Shown here: piece after piece, positions 9,512 to 19,812 of the stretch
Layout of the letters: every line of letters starts with the position of its first letter
Position numbering within the stretch: position 1 is the stretch's first letter
Source: Synechococcus sp.
GTDB taxonomy: Bacteria; Cyanobacteriota; Cyanobacteriia; Thermostichales; PCC-7336
Direction of reading: 5' to 3'
NCBI GenBank assembly: GCA_051439605.1
Contig: JBFRWN010000017.1
Span: forward strand, 183,855-247,854
DNA: 64,000 nt
Translations under genes and position numbers: made by a program
Notes under the pieces: generated by a model
What the model was told of the DNA's origin: nothing
Database searches by the model: none
Seen by the model: the letters and a program-made list of their open reading frames with translations, nothing else

Positions 9512-11131
9512 ATGGATCGGCTTGAGGATTCAAGACTGGCTTCAACTTCCTCTCCAACCGACCAACATTCATCATCTGTCGGTTTCTCTACTCCTCTCCC
9601 CTCAACAGTGAAATCGGAGTCAAAGGCTACCCCCCCCGAGCCAAGCCAAACTGTAGTGCCAGATTTGGCGTATCCTTCCCTCTCTGATGACGCAAAAAAT
9701 ATAGACGAATTTGCGAGTTCGGAGGAACAAACAGTCTCGGAAGAGACTGAAACAGGCAGCTACGCAGATGTCCTACAGAACAAAAATTTTCTGGCCCTCT
9801 GGAGCGGTCAGGTTTTTTCGCAGCTGTCCGACAAAGTTTTTCTCGTCTTGCTAGTTGCGTTGATCTCGTCCCACTTTACGCTGCAGGATGAATCCATCAG
9901 TAATTGGGTTGCTGCCGTGATGGTGGCTTTTACGATCCCAGCCGTACTGTTTGGTTCTGTGGCAGGGGTATACGTCGATCGCTGGTCTAAAAAACGGGTC
10001 ATGGTGGGCACCAATCTAATCCGGGGCGGCTTGGTACTGGCAGTACCCATTTTGCTATGGGGGATCGATACTCAGTTGACCTTGTGGGGATGGCCGATTG
10101 CCTTCCTGGCACTCCTGATGGTGACATTCTCAGTCTCAACCCTGACGCAATTTTTCGCCCCAGCAGAGCAAACTGCACTACCGCTGATTGTCAAGAAACG
10201 CAATCTGCTGCCAGCCAATTCCCTCTATACAGCCACCATGATGGCATCGGTGATCGTTGGATTTGCGATCGGGGAACCGCTGCTGGCAATGGCCAATCAG
10301 ATATCGGTACAGCTGAATTGTGGCCCGGAGTTAGGATCGGAAGTAGCCGTTGGAGGCGGATACACCATTGCTGGCACGTTGCTCTTGCTGATGGTTACCG
10401 GGGAACGACGGAGATCGCCCCATCGTACCTCAGCGGATAGCCCCAACGGCGAGATTGCAGGCACCTCCTCTGACGAGCAACATAGCATCGGCAAATTAGC
10501 AGCCCCAAAAAACAATCACGTCTGGTTCGATATTCAGGAAGGACTACGCTACCTAGGTCGCAGTCAGCGGGTGAGATCGGCCATTGGCCAAATGGTGGTT
10601 CTATTTTCGATTTTTGCTGCCTTAGCAGTGTTGGCAGTTCGGCTTGCAGAACTGATCCCAGCCATAACAGCGGCGCAGTTTGGGGTGCTGTTGGCCGCAG
10701 CAGGGATAGGCATGGCATTGGGGGCTCTGGTCGTAGGTCAATGGGGCACTCAACTTCCCAGAAAGCTGTGGGCAGCGCTGGGGTCTTTGGGAGTGGCGGC
10801 AGCTCTAGTGACCTTAGCCGTCCTCCAGCAGCAGCTCTGGACTTGCCTGATCGATATTGCCTGCATAGGTTTTTCTGGAGCATTAGTGGGGGTACCCATG
10901 CAAACCTTAATTCAAGAGGAAACCCCTATAGAAATGCGAGGCAAAGTGTTTGGCTTACAGAACAATTTAGTCAACATCGCCCTTTCCTTGCCCCTAGCAC
11001 TTGCTAGCTTGGCAGAAGCTCGCTTCGGCTTATCCACTGTCTTGTTAGCCCTAGCTGCAGTTGCTGCCCTCTCGAGCCTGCTCGGATGGCGAATGATGCC
11101 TCCCCCAGTGTCCCAGGCAAAGGCGAATTAG
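9512..11131 (+). CDS. MFS transporter (conserved cyanobacterial type)
   Basis: NFLALWSGQVFSQLSDK, AGVYVDRWSKK, QFFAPAEQ, MRGKVFGLQNN; ~12 TM segments. Confidence 0.9.
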   Translation: MDRLEDSRLASTSSPTDQHSSSVGFSTPLPSTVKSESKATPPEPSQTVVPDLAYPSLSDDAKNIDEFASSEEQTVSEETETGSYADVLQNKNFLALWSGQVFSQLSDKVFLVLLVALISSHFTLQDESISNWVAAVMVAFTIPAVLFGSVAGVYVDRWSKKRVMVGTNLIRGGLVLAVPILLWGIDTQLTLWGWPIAFLALLMVTFSVSTLTQFFAPAEQTALPLIVKKRNLLPANSLYTATMMASVIVGFAIGEPLLAMANQISVQLNCGPELGSEVAVGGGYTIAGTLLLLMVTGERRRSPHRTSADSPNGEIAGTSSDEQHSIGKLAAPKNNHVWFDIQEGLRYLGRSQRVRSAIGQMVVLFSIFAALAVLAVRLAELIPAITAAQFGVLLAAAGIGMALGALVVGQWGTQLPRKLWAALGSLGVAAALVTLAVLQQQLWTCLIDIACIGFSGALVGVPMQTLIQEETPIEMRGKVFGLQNNLVNIALSLPLALASLAEARFGLSTVLLALAAVAALSSLLGWRMMPPPVSQAKAN

Positions 11132-11237
11132 ACTTCCCAGAAGGGAGTTGAAAGGCAAACCAGCCATCCTGCATTTGCTCTCAGCTATTTCCATCGCTTA
11201 TTTTGAAGATTGTTAAACAAACTTTTCGGCTGTCTGC

Positions 11238-12440
11238 ATGCATATCGCTTGGCTGGGCAAAAAGTCTCCGTTCTGCGGCAATGTCACCTATGGTCTGGAG
11301 GTAACCAATGCACTCGTTCAGCGAGGTCATAAAGTTAGCTTCATTCACTTCGCCACAGAAGCCGACTCCCAACGATCGCTAGACCACAGCTGGGAAGAAG
11401 AAGTGTCCCTTCCCTTTTTGTACAAATCACAGATCCTCACCATCCACACTCCAAAATCAAGCAAAGTTCTAGCTAAAGCCCTCAAGGAACTACAGCCAGA
11501 CCTAATCCACGCCTCCCTCACCCTCTCCCCCCTCGACTTAACTTTGCCCGACCTCTATCAAGAGTTAGGCATCCCCGCAGTATCAACCTTTCACCCCGCC
11601 TTCGATCGCCGCCGTCGCAACATCGCCTCCCGCACCCAGCATTTTCTTTACAAACTTTTTGCCCCCTCTCTCGCCAATTACAATCGCACGGTTATCTTTT
11701 CCGAAATTCAGAAGAACATTCTGGTGGAAATGGGGGTGCCAGCAAAACGCATTGCCATCATCCCCAACGCTGTTGATACCGACAAATATTCTCCCGGTCC
11801 TTCAGACATCAAACAGGAATTGAGGGCCGAACGTCTGTTCGTTTACCAGGGACGGATTTCCCCAGAAAAAAATGTAGAAGCACTGTTGAAAGCTTGGAAA
11901 CAAGCCCAAATGGGACCAGCTAGCAAACTGCTGATCGTGGGGGATGGGCCGATGGCGGCCACACTCAAAAATTTTTATCATGCCGAGCATGGAATCGAAT
12001 GGTTGGGCTATATCTCCGATGAAGCAAGGCGGATCGAAATTTTACGGGGAGCGGATGTGTTTGTATTACCCTCTCTGATTGAAGGACTATCTCTATCGAT
12101 GCTCGAGGCGATGGCCTGCGGTGTGGCAATGGTGGCGACAGACGTAGGGGCAGATGGAGAGGCGATTGGTGACGGTGCTGGTATTGTGCTATCTCCATTC
12201 AAAACAGCCAGTGAGTTGGCCACATTGCTACCACTGTTGCGGGACCAGCGGGAATTTACTCAGTTGTTGGGTGTCAAAGCCCGTCAGCGAGTTTTGGAGC
12301 GATACACCCTCAGTCGCAATATTTCTAGGCTAGAGAACCTATATCGCGAAGTTACCGGCCTAGTTGCATCCCAACAGACTGCGCAGGCTGCTATCCAACA
12401 GTCAGTTGGGCAACCTGTCTCTGCTAAGCGTCGGCTGTAG
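11238..12440 (+). CDS. dgdA: GT4 glycosyltransferase, probably digalactosyldiacylglycerol synthase DgdA (Ycf82)
   Basis: MHIAWLGKKSPFCGNVTYG start, HASLTLSPLD, GRISPEKN, FVLPSLIEGLSLSMLEAMACG. Confidence 0.7.
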   Translation: MHIAWLGKKSPFCGNVTYGLEVTNALVQRGHKVSFIHFATEADSQRSLDHSWEEEVSLPFLYKSQILTIHTPKSSKVLAKALKELQPDLIHASLTLSPLDLTLPDLYQELGIPAVSTFHPAFDRRRRNIASRTQHFLYKLFAPSLANYNRTVIFSEIQKNILVEMGVPAKRIAIIPNAVDTDKYSPGPSDIKQELRAERLFVYQGRISPEKNVEALLKAWKQAQMGPASKLLIVGDGPMAATLKNFYHAEHGIEWLGYISDEARRIEILRGADVFVLPSLIEGLSLSMLEAMACGVAMVATDVGADGEAIGDGAGIVLSPFKTASELATLLPLLRDQREFTQLLGVKARQRVLERYTLSRNISRLENLYREVTGLVASQQTAQAAIQQSVGQPVSAKRRL

Positions 12441-12471
12441 CCATTTCCTGCTTTGCTTCCCATTCAAGTTC

Positions 12472-12987
12472 TTATCCCTTATTAGCTGTGGCGCTGGAAG
12501 AAGATTCCCGTACTCTCAGATCTTTGCTAATACTGCGAATGCGATCGATCATCAGAACTCCGTCAAGGTGATCCAATTCGTGCTGCACCACCACCGCTTC
12601 AAATCCTTCCACCTCCCATTCAAAGGGGTCACCATAACGATCGCATCCCCCCACGAGCAATCGCTTTGCCCGTTTCACCGTGGCAAGATATTGAGGAAAA
12701 CTCAAGCATCCCTCCCTTGACAGCTTCCATCGGGAGCTGCGCAGGATGACGGGATTAACCAAGATTTTGAGGTCAGACTCGGGCTGCATGGGATATAAAT
12801 CCATCGCGAAAATCCGCAACGCTATCCCCACTTGAGTAGCAGCCAGTCCAACGGCCCCCTGATTGAAGCATAGGGTTTCGACAATATTGTCAATGTGCTG
12901 TTGTAGCTCTGGACCAAAGTCCGTCACCGGTTCCGCTGGCTGTCTCAGAATGGGGTCGGGATATTCATAAATCTCTAAAGTTGCCAT
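12472..12987 (-). CDS. def: Peptide deformylase
   Basis: Motifs (A)VGLAATQ, EGCLS and HELDH. Confidence 0.92.
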   Translation of the reverse strand: MATLEIYEYPDPILRQPAEPVTDFGPELQQHIDNIVETLCFNQGAVGLAATQVGIALRIFAMDLYPMQPESDLKILVNPVILRSSRWKLSREGCLSFPQYLATVKRAKRLLVGGCDRYGDPFEWEVEGFEAVVVQHELDHLDGVLMIDRIRSISKDLRVRESSSSATANKG

Positions 12988-13014
12988 GTCTACTGCTGCC
13001 AGGCGGCATCCCCC

Positions 13015-13566
13015 CTAGAGTGTCATTGCCTCAACCAGCTCAGTCTGAATATCTAAGCCCAATTGCTCCTGCAAAGCACGGAGCTCTTGGCGAAATTGCT
13101 CCTCGGTCAACTTGGCAGGCAACACCACTTCTAGCAGCAAAAGATAGATGGCCTGCGTAGTTCCCTGCAACCGACGGGAGGAGACATCCACAATATTGAT
13201 ATTGCGTTCAGCCAAATAGCTGGCCACGCTGCAAACAATACCAGGCCGATCTGCCCCTGCTACTCGAATTAAATAGCGTTCGGATTCGACGTCAGAGTAG
13301 TCCTCTTGCCCTTCTACTTCCGACACACGCAGGTGCAAGTCGAGAGCCCCCAACTCCACCTGCCGACTGGCGATCGCAGTTTCGATCGTCGCCACCGAAA
13401 GAGGGATATCGCCGTCGCTGAGCAACATCAACATAGCGAACTGCCCTCCCAAGCGAGTCATGGAAGTATCTTCGAGATTAGCCCCAAGATCGAGGAGCAA
13501 CCGACTGACGGCCGCCACCATTCCGGGGCGATCGCGTCCAAAACCAGTCAGTAAAAAGCGATGCAT
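13015..13566 (-). CDS. Tandem ACT-domain protein (GcvR-like)
   Basis: Two ACT repeats: G.DRPGMVAAVS...NLEDTSMTRLGGQF and GADRPGIV..V...NINIVDV. Confidence 0.85.
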   Translation of the reverse strand: MHRFLLTGFGRDRPGMVAAVSRLLLDLGANLEDTSMTRLGGQFAMLMLLSDGDIPLSVATIETAIASRQVELGALDLHLRVSEVEGQEDYSDVESERYLIRVAGADRPGIVCSVASYLAERNINIVDVSSRRLQGTTQAIYLLLLEVVLPAKLTEEQFRQELRALQEQLGLDIQTELVEAMTL

Positions 13567-13637
13567 GGCCTAATACGTCTGGAGAACGACTGAAGTTCAG
13601 GAGTCTATCAGCAGAAAAGATGAGCGAGCAACCCTGC

Positions 13638-13862
13638 TTAATCACCAATAATTTCTGGCTCAACCAATTCATCCGACATTTCCAACACTGCTCGCTTGAC
13701 GGGCTTGAGCAGGCTATCGTCCACTTCGTCTGAGTCATCGTAGCGACGGCGCTTTGCACGGTTGGCCACCTGAACGGTGATGCGATAGCGGTTGTTGGAA
13801 TAGGTAATGAGTTCTTCTACGCGACGGGCCAAATCAGCGTCGTCAATGGACAGATGGGTCAT
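13638..13862 (-). CDS. rpoZ: RNA polymerase omega subunit
   Basis: SNNRYRITVQVANRAKRRR...KPVKRAVLEMSDEL..PEIIGD; ATG at 13862 chosen as start. Confidence 0.92.
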   Translation of the reverse strand: MTHLSIDDADLARRVEELITYSNNRYRITVQVANRAKRRRYDDSDEVDDSLLKPVKRAVLEMSDELVEPEIIGD

Positions 13863-14053
13863 AGGTGCGGCTAATTCGAAACAGAAGGACAGAGATTCGC
13901 AGGCAATCATTGTACCAAGTTGGTTGCGACCTTGCTCACAGTCCTGGCACTCCCAGTCACAACCCACCGCTCAGTTGACTGCCAGCAGCTCCCATGGCTG
14001 AGGAAGTCAACGGTTCACGCTGGCGGCGTCAGAGGCTGACTACAATCGACAAC

Positions 14054-15454
14054 CTAACGCCCGGTCCAGCTAAACCCGTCAGGTAATTCATCCAAGATTT
14101 CACCAAACAAGTCATAGGGTTCAGCCGCCGTTATCCGCACGGGCACCAGACCGTTCAAACGACCGTTTCCGCGTACGTAAACAACACCATCCACCTCGGG
14201 GGCAAATCTCGGCGATCGCCCAATGAACATCCCCGTACTGGTATTTTCCTGCTCGAGCAAAACGGGAACAACTTGACCCACCAATTCTCGATTGCGCTTA
14301 AATGCAATCCCCTGTTGCAGCGTCATGAGCCGATCGCGGCGATCGTCCATCACTGCTTGTTCCACTTGATTGGGAAGATCGTAGGCTGGGGTGCCCTCTT
14401 CTGGGGAGAAGGTAAATACCCCCACGTGGTCGAACTCGTGCCGCTGGACAAACTCCATCAGGTGCTGGAAATGCTCTTCGGTCTCACCGGGAAACCCCAC
14501 GATAAAGGTTGTACGAATTGTGGCGTTAGGTAACAGTTCGCGCATTTTGCCGATAATGCGATCGTTCACCTGTCCCTGCCAAGGGCGATTCATGGCTCGC
14601 AATACCTCGGGGTGGCTGTGCTGCAGCGGTAGATCTAAATACGGTAAAAAGTTAGGGCTTTCTGCAATCGCTCTCAAAACTGCTGGTGTTAACCCAGTTG
14701 GATAGGCGTAATGCATGCGAATCCAAGGGATATCGACTTCCCCCAGGGCACGGATCAGTTTGTCCAGCTTAGGCTTGCCGTACAAATCCAAGCCGTAGTT
14801 CGTGGTGATTTGGGAAATCAAGACCAGTTCCCTTACCCCTTCTTCCGCTAGCTGATTTGCCTCAGCGACAATCGATTCGAATGAACGCGATCGTTGATTG
14901 CCTCGCAGGTGGGGAATGATGCAGAAGGCACAGCGATAATCGCAGCCCTCAGCTACCCGCAAGTAAGCCACAGAGGAGTTTGTCGTACGATAGCGAGGCA
15001 GAGTTTCGTCGGCAATATAATTGAGGTCGGAGGTGACGGCATTCACCCGCTCCCCCTGTTCCACCCGAGAAATTACCTCGACAATATTTTGGTAATCTCC
15101 CGTCCCCACTAACGCCACGGCCTCGGGCAGCTCGTCCAATAATTCCTGCTGAAAATGCTGGGCCATGCAGCCCGCAATCACCACTTTTTTCCCTTGCTCT
15201 GCTAAATTGACCAGCGTTCTTACCGACTCTGCTCGTGCTTCAGCAATGAAGCTACAGGTGTTTACGATGGCGTAGTCTGCTTCTTCTTCGTTGACGCTGA
15301 CGTCATAGCCCGCCTGTGCCAGCAACCCCAACATATGTTCGGTATCCACCCGATTCTTTTCACAACCCAGGTGAGCCACCGCAACTGTTGGCTTACAAGA
15401 GTTAACCGCATCAGTGGATGGCGTGGATGTAATGGAAATGGGGGTGGGAGCCAT
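14054..15454 (-). CDS. rimO: Ribosomal protein S12 methylthiotransferase
   Basis: [20 protein letters not shown], radical-[13 protein letters not shown]-terminal TRAM with APEVDG. Confidence 0.95.
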   Translation of the reverse strand: MAPTPISITSTPSTDAVNSCKPTVAVAHLGCEKNRVDTEHMLGLLAQAGYDVSVNEEEADYAIVNTCSFIAEARAESVRTLVNLAEQGKKVVIAGCMAQHFQQELLDELPEAVALVGTGDYQNIVEVISRVEQGERVNAVTSDLNYIADETLPRYRTTNSSVAYLRVAEGCDYRCAFCIIPHLRGNQRSRSFESIVAEANQLAEEGVRELVLISQITTNYGLDLYGKPKLDKLIRALGEVDIPWIRMHYAYPTGLTPAVLRAIAESPNFLPYLDLPLQHSHPEVLRAMNRPWQGQVNDRIIGKMRELLPNATIRTTFIVGFPGETEEHFQHLMEFVQRHEFDHVGVFTFSPEEGTPAYDLPNQVEQAVMDDRRDRLMTLQQGIAFKRNRELVGQVVPVLLEQENTSTGMFIGRSPRFAPEVDGVVYVRGNGRLNGLVPVRITAAEPYDLFGEILDELPDGFSWTGR

Positions 15455-15603
15455 AGCACATCAGTAGAACAGAGCCTACAGATCCTAACCTGTCGATCTT
15501 GCTTCAACAATCTTAAAGCCACCGACAAAGCCAAGTAACTTGTGAGAGGAAAGACGATCGCCAGATAGAAGACAGCAAGCGATCGCCCCCTGAAGACCCT
15601 CTA

Positions 15604-16020
15604 TCAGAGGCCACCGAACACGTCGTAGTCTGTAGTCACGTTCACTAAAACACCAGTTGCAGCACCACCAATGGCATTTTGAGCGAGAGAGCCATTATTG
15701 AGGACAGCTCCCGTTACCGCGCTGGCGGCTGCTCCCACAGCGGCATCCTGTAAGTACCCCCCCAAACCTGTTTTGTTCTCATCGTGGGTAACGCTGACAG
15801 CAGCTCCAGCAGCAGCCCCGCCCAAAGCATTCTCCAGCAGGTTGCCATTATCGAAAATTTCCCCATAAACCGCGTTACCACCAGCTCCTATCAACGTATC
15901 TTGGATAAATTGGGCAGAGGCGGGGCGAGCTGGCAGGAAGGAAGCAGCAAGCGCTCCTGCGGCCAATAACGATGAGGTCACCACTCGTGCGATAAACATA
16001 ACCAAATACCTGTTCAACAC
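15604..16020 (-). CDS. Secreted glycine-zipper-like protein with two internal repeats
   Basis: Signal peptide ending PASA-Q; duplicated QD..IGA....V.G....NG....NA.GGAA.G..V.VT unit. Confidence 0.7.
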   Translation of the reverse strand: MLNRYLVMFIARVVTSSLLAAGALAASFLPARPASAQFIQDTLIGAGGNAVYGEIFDNGNLLENALGGAAAGAAVSVTHDENKTGLGGYLQDAAVGAAASAVTGAVLNNGSLAQNAIGGAATGVLVNVTTDYDVFGGL

Positions 16021-16254
16021 CTATGCCATAACCCTACTTCCCCGCCGAATCGGTAGTGAGTTGATGAGGCGCAGGACTGTATACCGATAGAGGAGAGAGT
16101 GGTTACGCGATCGCGTAAGTTGAACCTTGAGATGGATGGAAACCTAAAATTAATTGCGCCTGGGAGGGTGGCATACAACTGTAAGTGTGAAGTTGGGTTG
16201 AATTGAGTCAAGGCTATAACTTCAGCGTGTGTTCGACGGGGAGAAATACGGCTA

Positions 16255-17289
16255 ATGAAGTTGGGAAAACAGAGTTGGCGATGGATTTCTCATTTAGGCA
16301 AGCATCTGCTTTTGGGTTGCTTGGTTTTGCTACTGTGCACCGGTTGCGTTCAGTACCAGATGGAATTGACGTTTAACTGGTTGAGTGGAGGAACAATCGT
16401 TCAAAACTTAAAGTGGGATACTAGTGTCAGCGATTTTGTGGGACAGTTCAGCGACATTGCGGCAGATGAGTTGTTCGCAGAGGTCAAGCAGCGGGCTACT
16501 GCAGCTGGAGGAACCGCCCACTCTCTATCGAACAGCGAAATCAGGGTAGAAATTCCGTTTGATGATTACACCCAGCTAGAAGGCAAGTTCAATACATTCT
16601 TCGATCGACCGCTTCTACTCATTTCGGGATTGAAGACCGTGGCATCAGCCAATCCAACAGTTGCACCACACTTGTTCTATCCAAAGGTGACCGGGTTTGC
16701 TGCAGCTGACAAGCTTCAACTTCAGCAATCCAAACCCCATCAACCTATGACAGCTGCAGTGGGATATAAAAACAGCTCAACAACCTTAGGAGAGGCGCTA
16801 GATACAGAGAGCCAAGATTCTGCCTCTCACCAGCTAAGCGATCGCTTCTCACCCCCATCCGTAGCAGAACCATCCCCTGCCTCTCCAAAGATTGCTCCCG
16901 CCCATCTCTTCCACTTGGCCCAAATTGGTGGGCAACCGGATTTCCAGGTGAGCAAACATAGTTTTTTTGTCGCCGATCGATACGATCTTTCCTACACGTT
17001 AGATTTAAGTGATGTGAAAATACCAATTTCAGGAGGGTTTTTGACCTTATCTGCCGACCGCCTACTCGATTTGAGGATAGCACTGCAAACCCCGATTGCC
17101 GCGAGCCACTCGAATGCCACAGTACGGGAAGGGAACCGTTTGGAATGGCACCTCAATACTGGCAACCTCAACCATTTGACCGCATCGTTTTGGACGCCAA
17201 GTCCCGTCGGGATTGTCCTGCTGGTGGGCATAGCTGTAGCCGCATTTGGCTATGCTTGGCGACTCGACCGACCAGAGCGGAAAGGTTAA
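16255..17289 (+). CDS. DUF3153-like lipoprotein with C-terminal membrane anchor
   Basis: Lipobox CTGC-V, EGKFNTFF, LSYTLDL, LEWHL..G..NHL.ASFW.PSPVGI then TM. Confidence 0.7.
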   Translation: MKLGKQSWRWISHLGKHLLLGCLVLLLCTGCVQYQMELTFNWLSGGTIVQNLKWDTSVSDFVGQFSDIAADELFAEVKQRATAAGGTAHSLSNSEIRVEIPFDDYTQLEGKFNTFFDRPLLLISGLKTVASANPTVAPHLFYPKVTGFAAADKLQLQQSKPHQPMTAAVGYKNSSTTLGEALDTESQDSASHQLSDRFSPPSVAEPSPASPKIAPAHLFHLAQIGGQPDFQVSKHSFFVADRYDLSYTLDLSDVKIPISGGFLTLSADRLLDLRIALQTPIAASHSNATVREGNRLEWHLNTGNLNHLTASFWTPSPVGIVLLVGIAVAAFGYAWRLDRPERKG

Positions 17290-17349
17290 GCTAGCGTTAC
17301 AGTTGCTATTGTGTTATTCGGCAAGGCTTGATTCTTAGGGAAGCAGTAC

Positions 17350-17868
17350 GTGATTCAGTCTTCTACAAAAAAATGGGTTGGGCCAGGGATTTGTCACGGC
17401 ATCAAATCGTGTTTTGGTGTGTTGGCTGGTGCAACTGTATTGCTGACATTTGCCTTTGCAGCCGATGCCGAACCAACCCTGAGCTTCGATCCTCCCCCTG
17501 GAACCCGTTTATCAAACTTCGATGCTTATTTAACCATCTCCTTCGACCTAGAAGGAGAGAGTTGGGGCTCACTACCTTGGGACTGGCAAAATCCTCGGGT
17601 ACGCCTCAATGGTCAAGATATATCGTTACCAGCTAAGTCTTTGCTGGCTGGGGCTACAGCCACTGTTTTAACTCCAGCAGAAATTGTTGTGTCTCAGCAA
17701 ACCATGACGGACGATCGCATGACGTTGGAACTCAGCGGGCTGCGTTTAGATCCTGGTTTTAATCGCATAGTGATAGAAATCCCCCCCCAACAAGAAGGTC
17801 TCGAGACCCTTACATACAACGTTGCTTATCCTGTCATCGCGGGACAGGGACAGTCAACCGCTAGATAA
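17350..17868 (+). CDS. Hypothetical exported protein
   Basis: 172-aa ORF with a signal-like segment (AFAADA) and a beta-rich mature part. Confidence 0.55.
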   Translation: MIQSSTKKWVGPGICHGIKSCFGVLAGATVLLTFAFAADAEPTLSFDPPPGTRLSNFDAYLTISFDLEGESWGSLPWDWQNPRVRLNGQDISLPAKSLLAGATATVLTPAEIVVSQQTMTDDRMTLELSGLRLDPGFNRIVIEIPPQQEGLETLTYNVAYPVIAGQGQSTAR

Positions 17869-18007
17869 TCATGTCTAGCGAACACCATGCATGATTTAGT
17901 CCTTCACATCTTCAGCTATCCTGCGTTCTCGCTCGTTATATTGTTGTCAATGCCTTTCGCGATAAAGACTTCGGTGCAATTGCGGCATGCCAAATAAATA
18001 CCGATGA

Positions 18008-18235
18008 CTACTCGCCTTCAGCAACGGCCAAGACCCTCTGCTCGCTCAAAACATCCTGAGCCATCTGCAAAGCCCTCGCTTGTATTCGCCATTGCTGGCA
18101 TGCATTTGACTGTTCGAGCAAGCCAGCTAAATTTGATTGGGTTATTGCATAGCAATGCAAAGTACTCAAAATCTCCTCGAAGCCGTGGTTCTCCAACAAG
18201 GAGTAAACGACAGCCTCAACACGCTCTTCAATCAT
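18008..18235 (-). CDS. Small hypothetical helical protein
   Basis: MIEERVEAVVYSLLENHGFEEIL...; GGAG upstream of the ATG at 18235. Confidence 0.5.
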   Translation of the reverse strand: MIEERVEAVVYSLLENHGFEEILSTLHCYAITQSNLAGLLEQSNACQQWRIQARALQMAQDVLSEQRVLAVAEGE

Positions 18236-19162
18236 TATTATTCTCCACAATGCACTAAAAGAAGTAGCTAGCACACCACAACTGAGATCGCGACAGGAAA
18301 TTAACTAGATTCACTGCCCAACAGACAGACTCACGCCGTTGAGCAACAATCAACAGGAGTGCCAAACGCAATCGACTCGTATACATTAACGTAATTTTTT
18401 TAATTTTATAAAAACTTTATATAGTGAACTCCAGGCAATGCTTACCCTTCACAAAGTTCACTTTTCAGGGTCTTTTTTGTTCGCTAGAAACATTATTGAC
18501 AAGCTGTTGGTTTATTTCAGACTTAAACATTGGGATTACTCCCTAAGGGAGCATCTGCACTAGCGGGTACAACCATAGAAGCCTTTTTATAGATAAATTT
18601 TGTACCAACTGCTTGTACGAGTCACACCTTGATATTTCCGTGTTTCTAGAATTTACTGGTTCGAAAAAATACAGGGCACACGACGAATAAAAAATATTTT
18701 TATTTTTTATTGTCAAGAAACTGTTCTTGCAAGGCTTTAGGATTGGCACTCTGCTCAAAACAGAGCTCTTTTATGTTGAGTGAGAAAAATTCATCATGCG
18801 AATACAATAGATCTAAAATGATACAGTACGGCTTGTTTAAGTACTGAGTCACGAGGGGTGGGGCGCATCCAGTCTTGCATCCATAGGCTCTTCCAGGATG
18901 GCTCATCACTCAGAGGCTTCACCTACTTCATTGCTTCGGGAGGAGAATATTTGCAACTTCGCTTGTTGTATGTCGCCCATCTCCCTAACCTGGTGGCTGG
19001 TAAGGTTAAAAAACTGCACCAGTGCTCTGGAATCGTTAGGTTGACTGCTCTTTCTCGTCCCAAAAGGCGAGAATAGTTTAATTCTTCCAACACACGTAAT
19101 ATTTGATAAAATTTCGCTGGTATCTTGAAAAAGGTGTCTCAATGACACGCTGGATGGTTTTG

Positions 19163-19184
19163 AAGTGGGTTCTGCCCACTTTTT
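19163..19184 (+). promoter_or_regulatory. rimP leader hairpin (terminator/attenuator-like)
   Basis: AAGTGGG-TTCTG-CCCACTT followed by a T-run, ~105 nt upstream of rimP. Confidence 0.65.
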
Positions 19185-19290
19185 GTTGTTTTGAGGGATT
19201 CTCATTCACCATAGCCAGCATAGAGTGGGATTCCCCTCGGACATTAGCTTACAAGGTACTTGCCGTGAGTCTTTTAGTTGAGAAACAGTT

Positions 19291-19761
19291 GTGGCGCATC
19301 CGCTTGCCGCTGAATTTAGCAGAATCGCTGAGCCGATCGCAAAATCGCTAGGGCTTGAATTAGTTAAGGTTGTGTTCTATACCAACCAAAATCCACCAGT
19401 AATGCGGCTAGACATCCGCAATCCGGTATCTTCTGATACTAGTCACGATGATTGTGAAGCGATGAGTCGCGCTCTTGGCGCTCGGCTTGAGGTTAGCGAT
19501 CCTGTGCCAGGTAACTATGTATTGGAGGTGTCTAGCCCAGGTCTATCAACGATTCTTTCGAGCGATCGAGATTTTGAGGTGTTTAAAGGGTTTACTGTTG
19601 CGGTCACGATGGCTCAACCCCACAAAAATCAGATGCAGTGGCAGGGCACGTTGCAAAAACGCAATGATGAAACCCTTTTGCTCTCTATTAAAGGACGCCC
19701 AGTGAAGTTGCCGCGACACCTTATCCAACAGGTAAAACTAGTGGATGGAGTAGAGCCATAA
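19291..19761 (+). CDS. rimP: Ribosome maturation factor RimP
   Basis: TNQNPPVMRLDIRN, DDCEAMSR, YVLEVSSPG, FKGF.V. Confidence 0.95.
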   Translation: MAHPLAAEFSRIAEPIAKSLGLELVKVVFYTNQNPPVMRLDIRNPVSSDTSHDDCEAMSRALGARLEVSDPVPGNYVLEVSSPGLSTILSSDRDFEVFKGFTVAVTMAQPHKNQMQWQGTLQKRNDETLLLSIKGRPVKLPRHLIQQVKLVDGVEP

Positions 19762-19812
19762 CGCTTACCGATTTACAAACTGAATACTTTTGCGAAATAA
19801 GGAGCGATCGCC

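Noticed and set aside
13863..13967. Cys-rich N-terminal extension of rpoZ in the ORF track
   Set aside because: Artefact of the longest-ORF start; similarity to RpoZ begins at the ATG at 13862.
18543..19205. Short ORFs in the AT-rich region upstream of rimP
   Set aside because: Overlapping, no RBS or recognisable motifs; likely non-coding.
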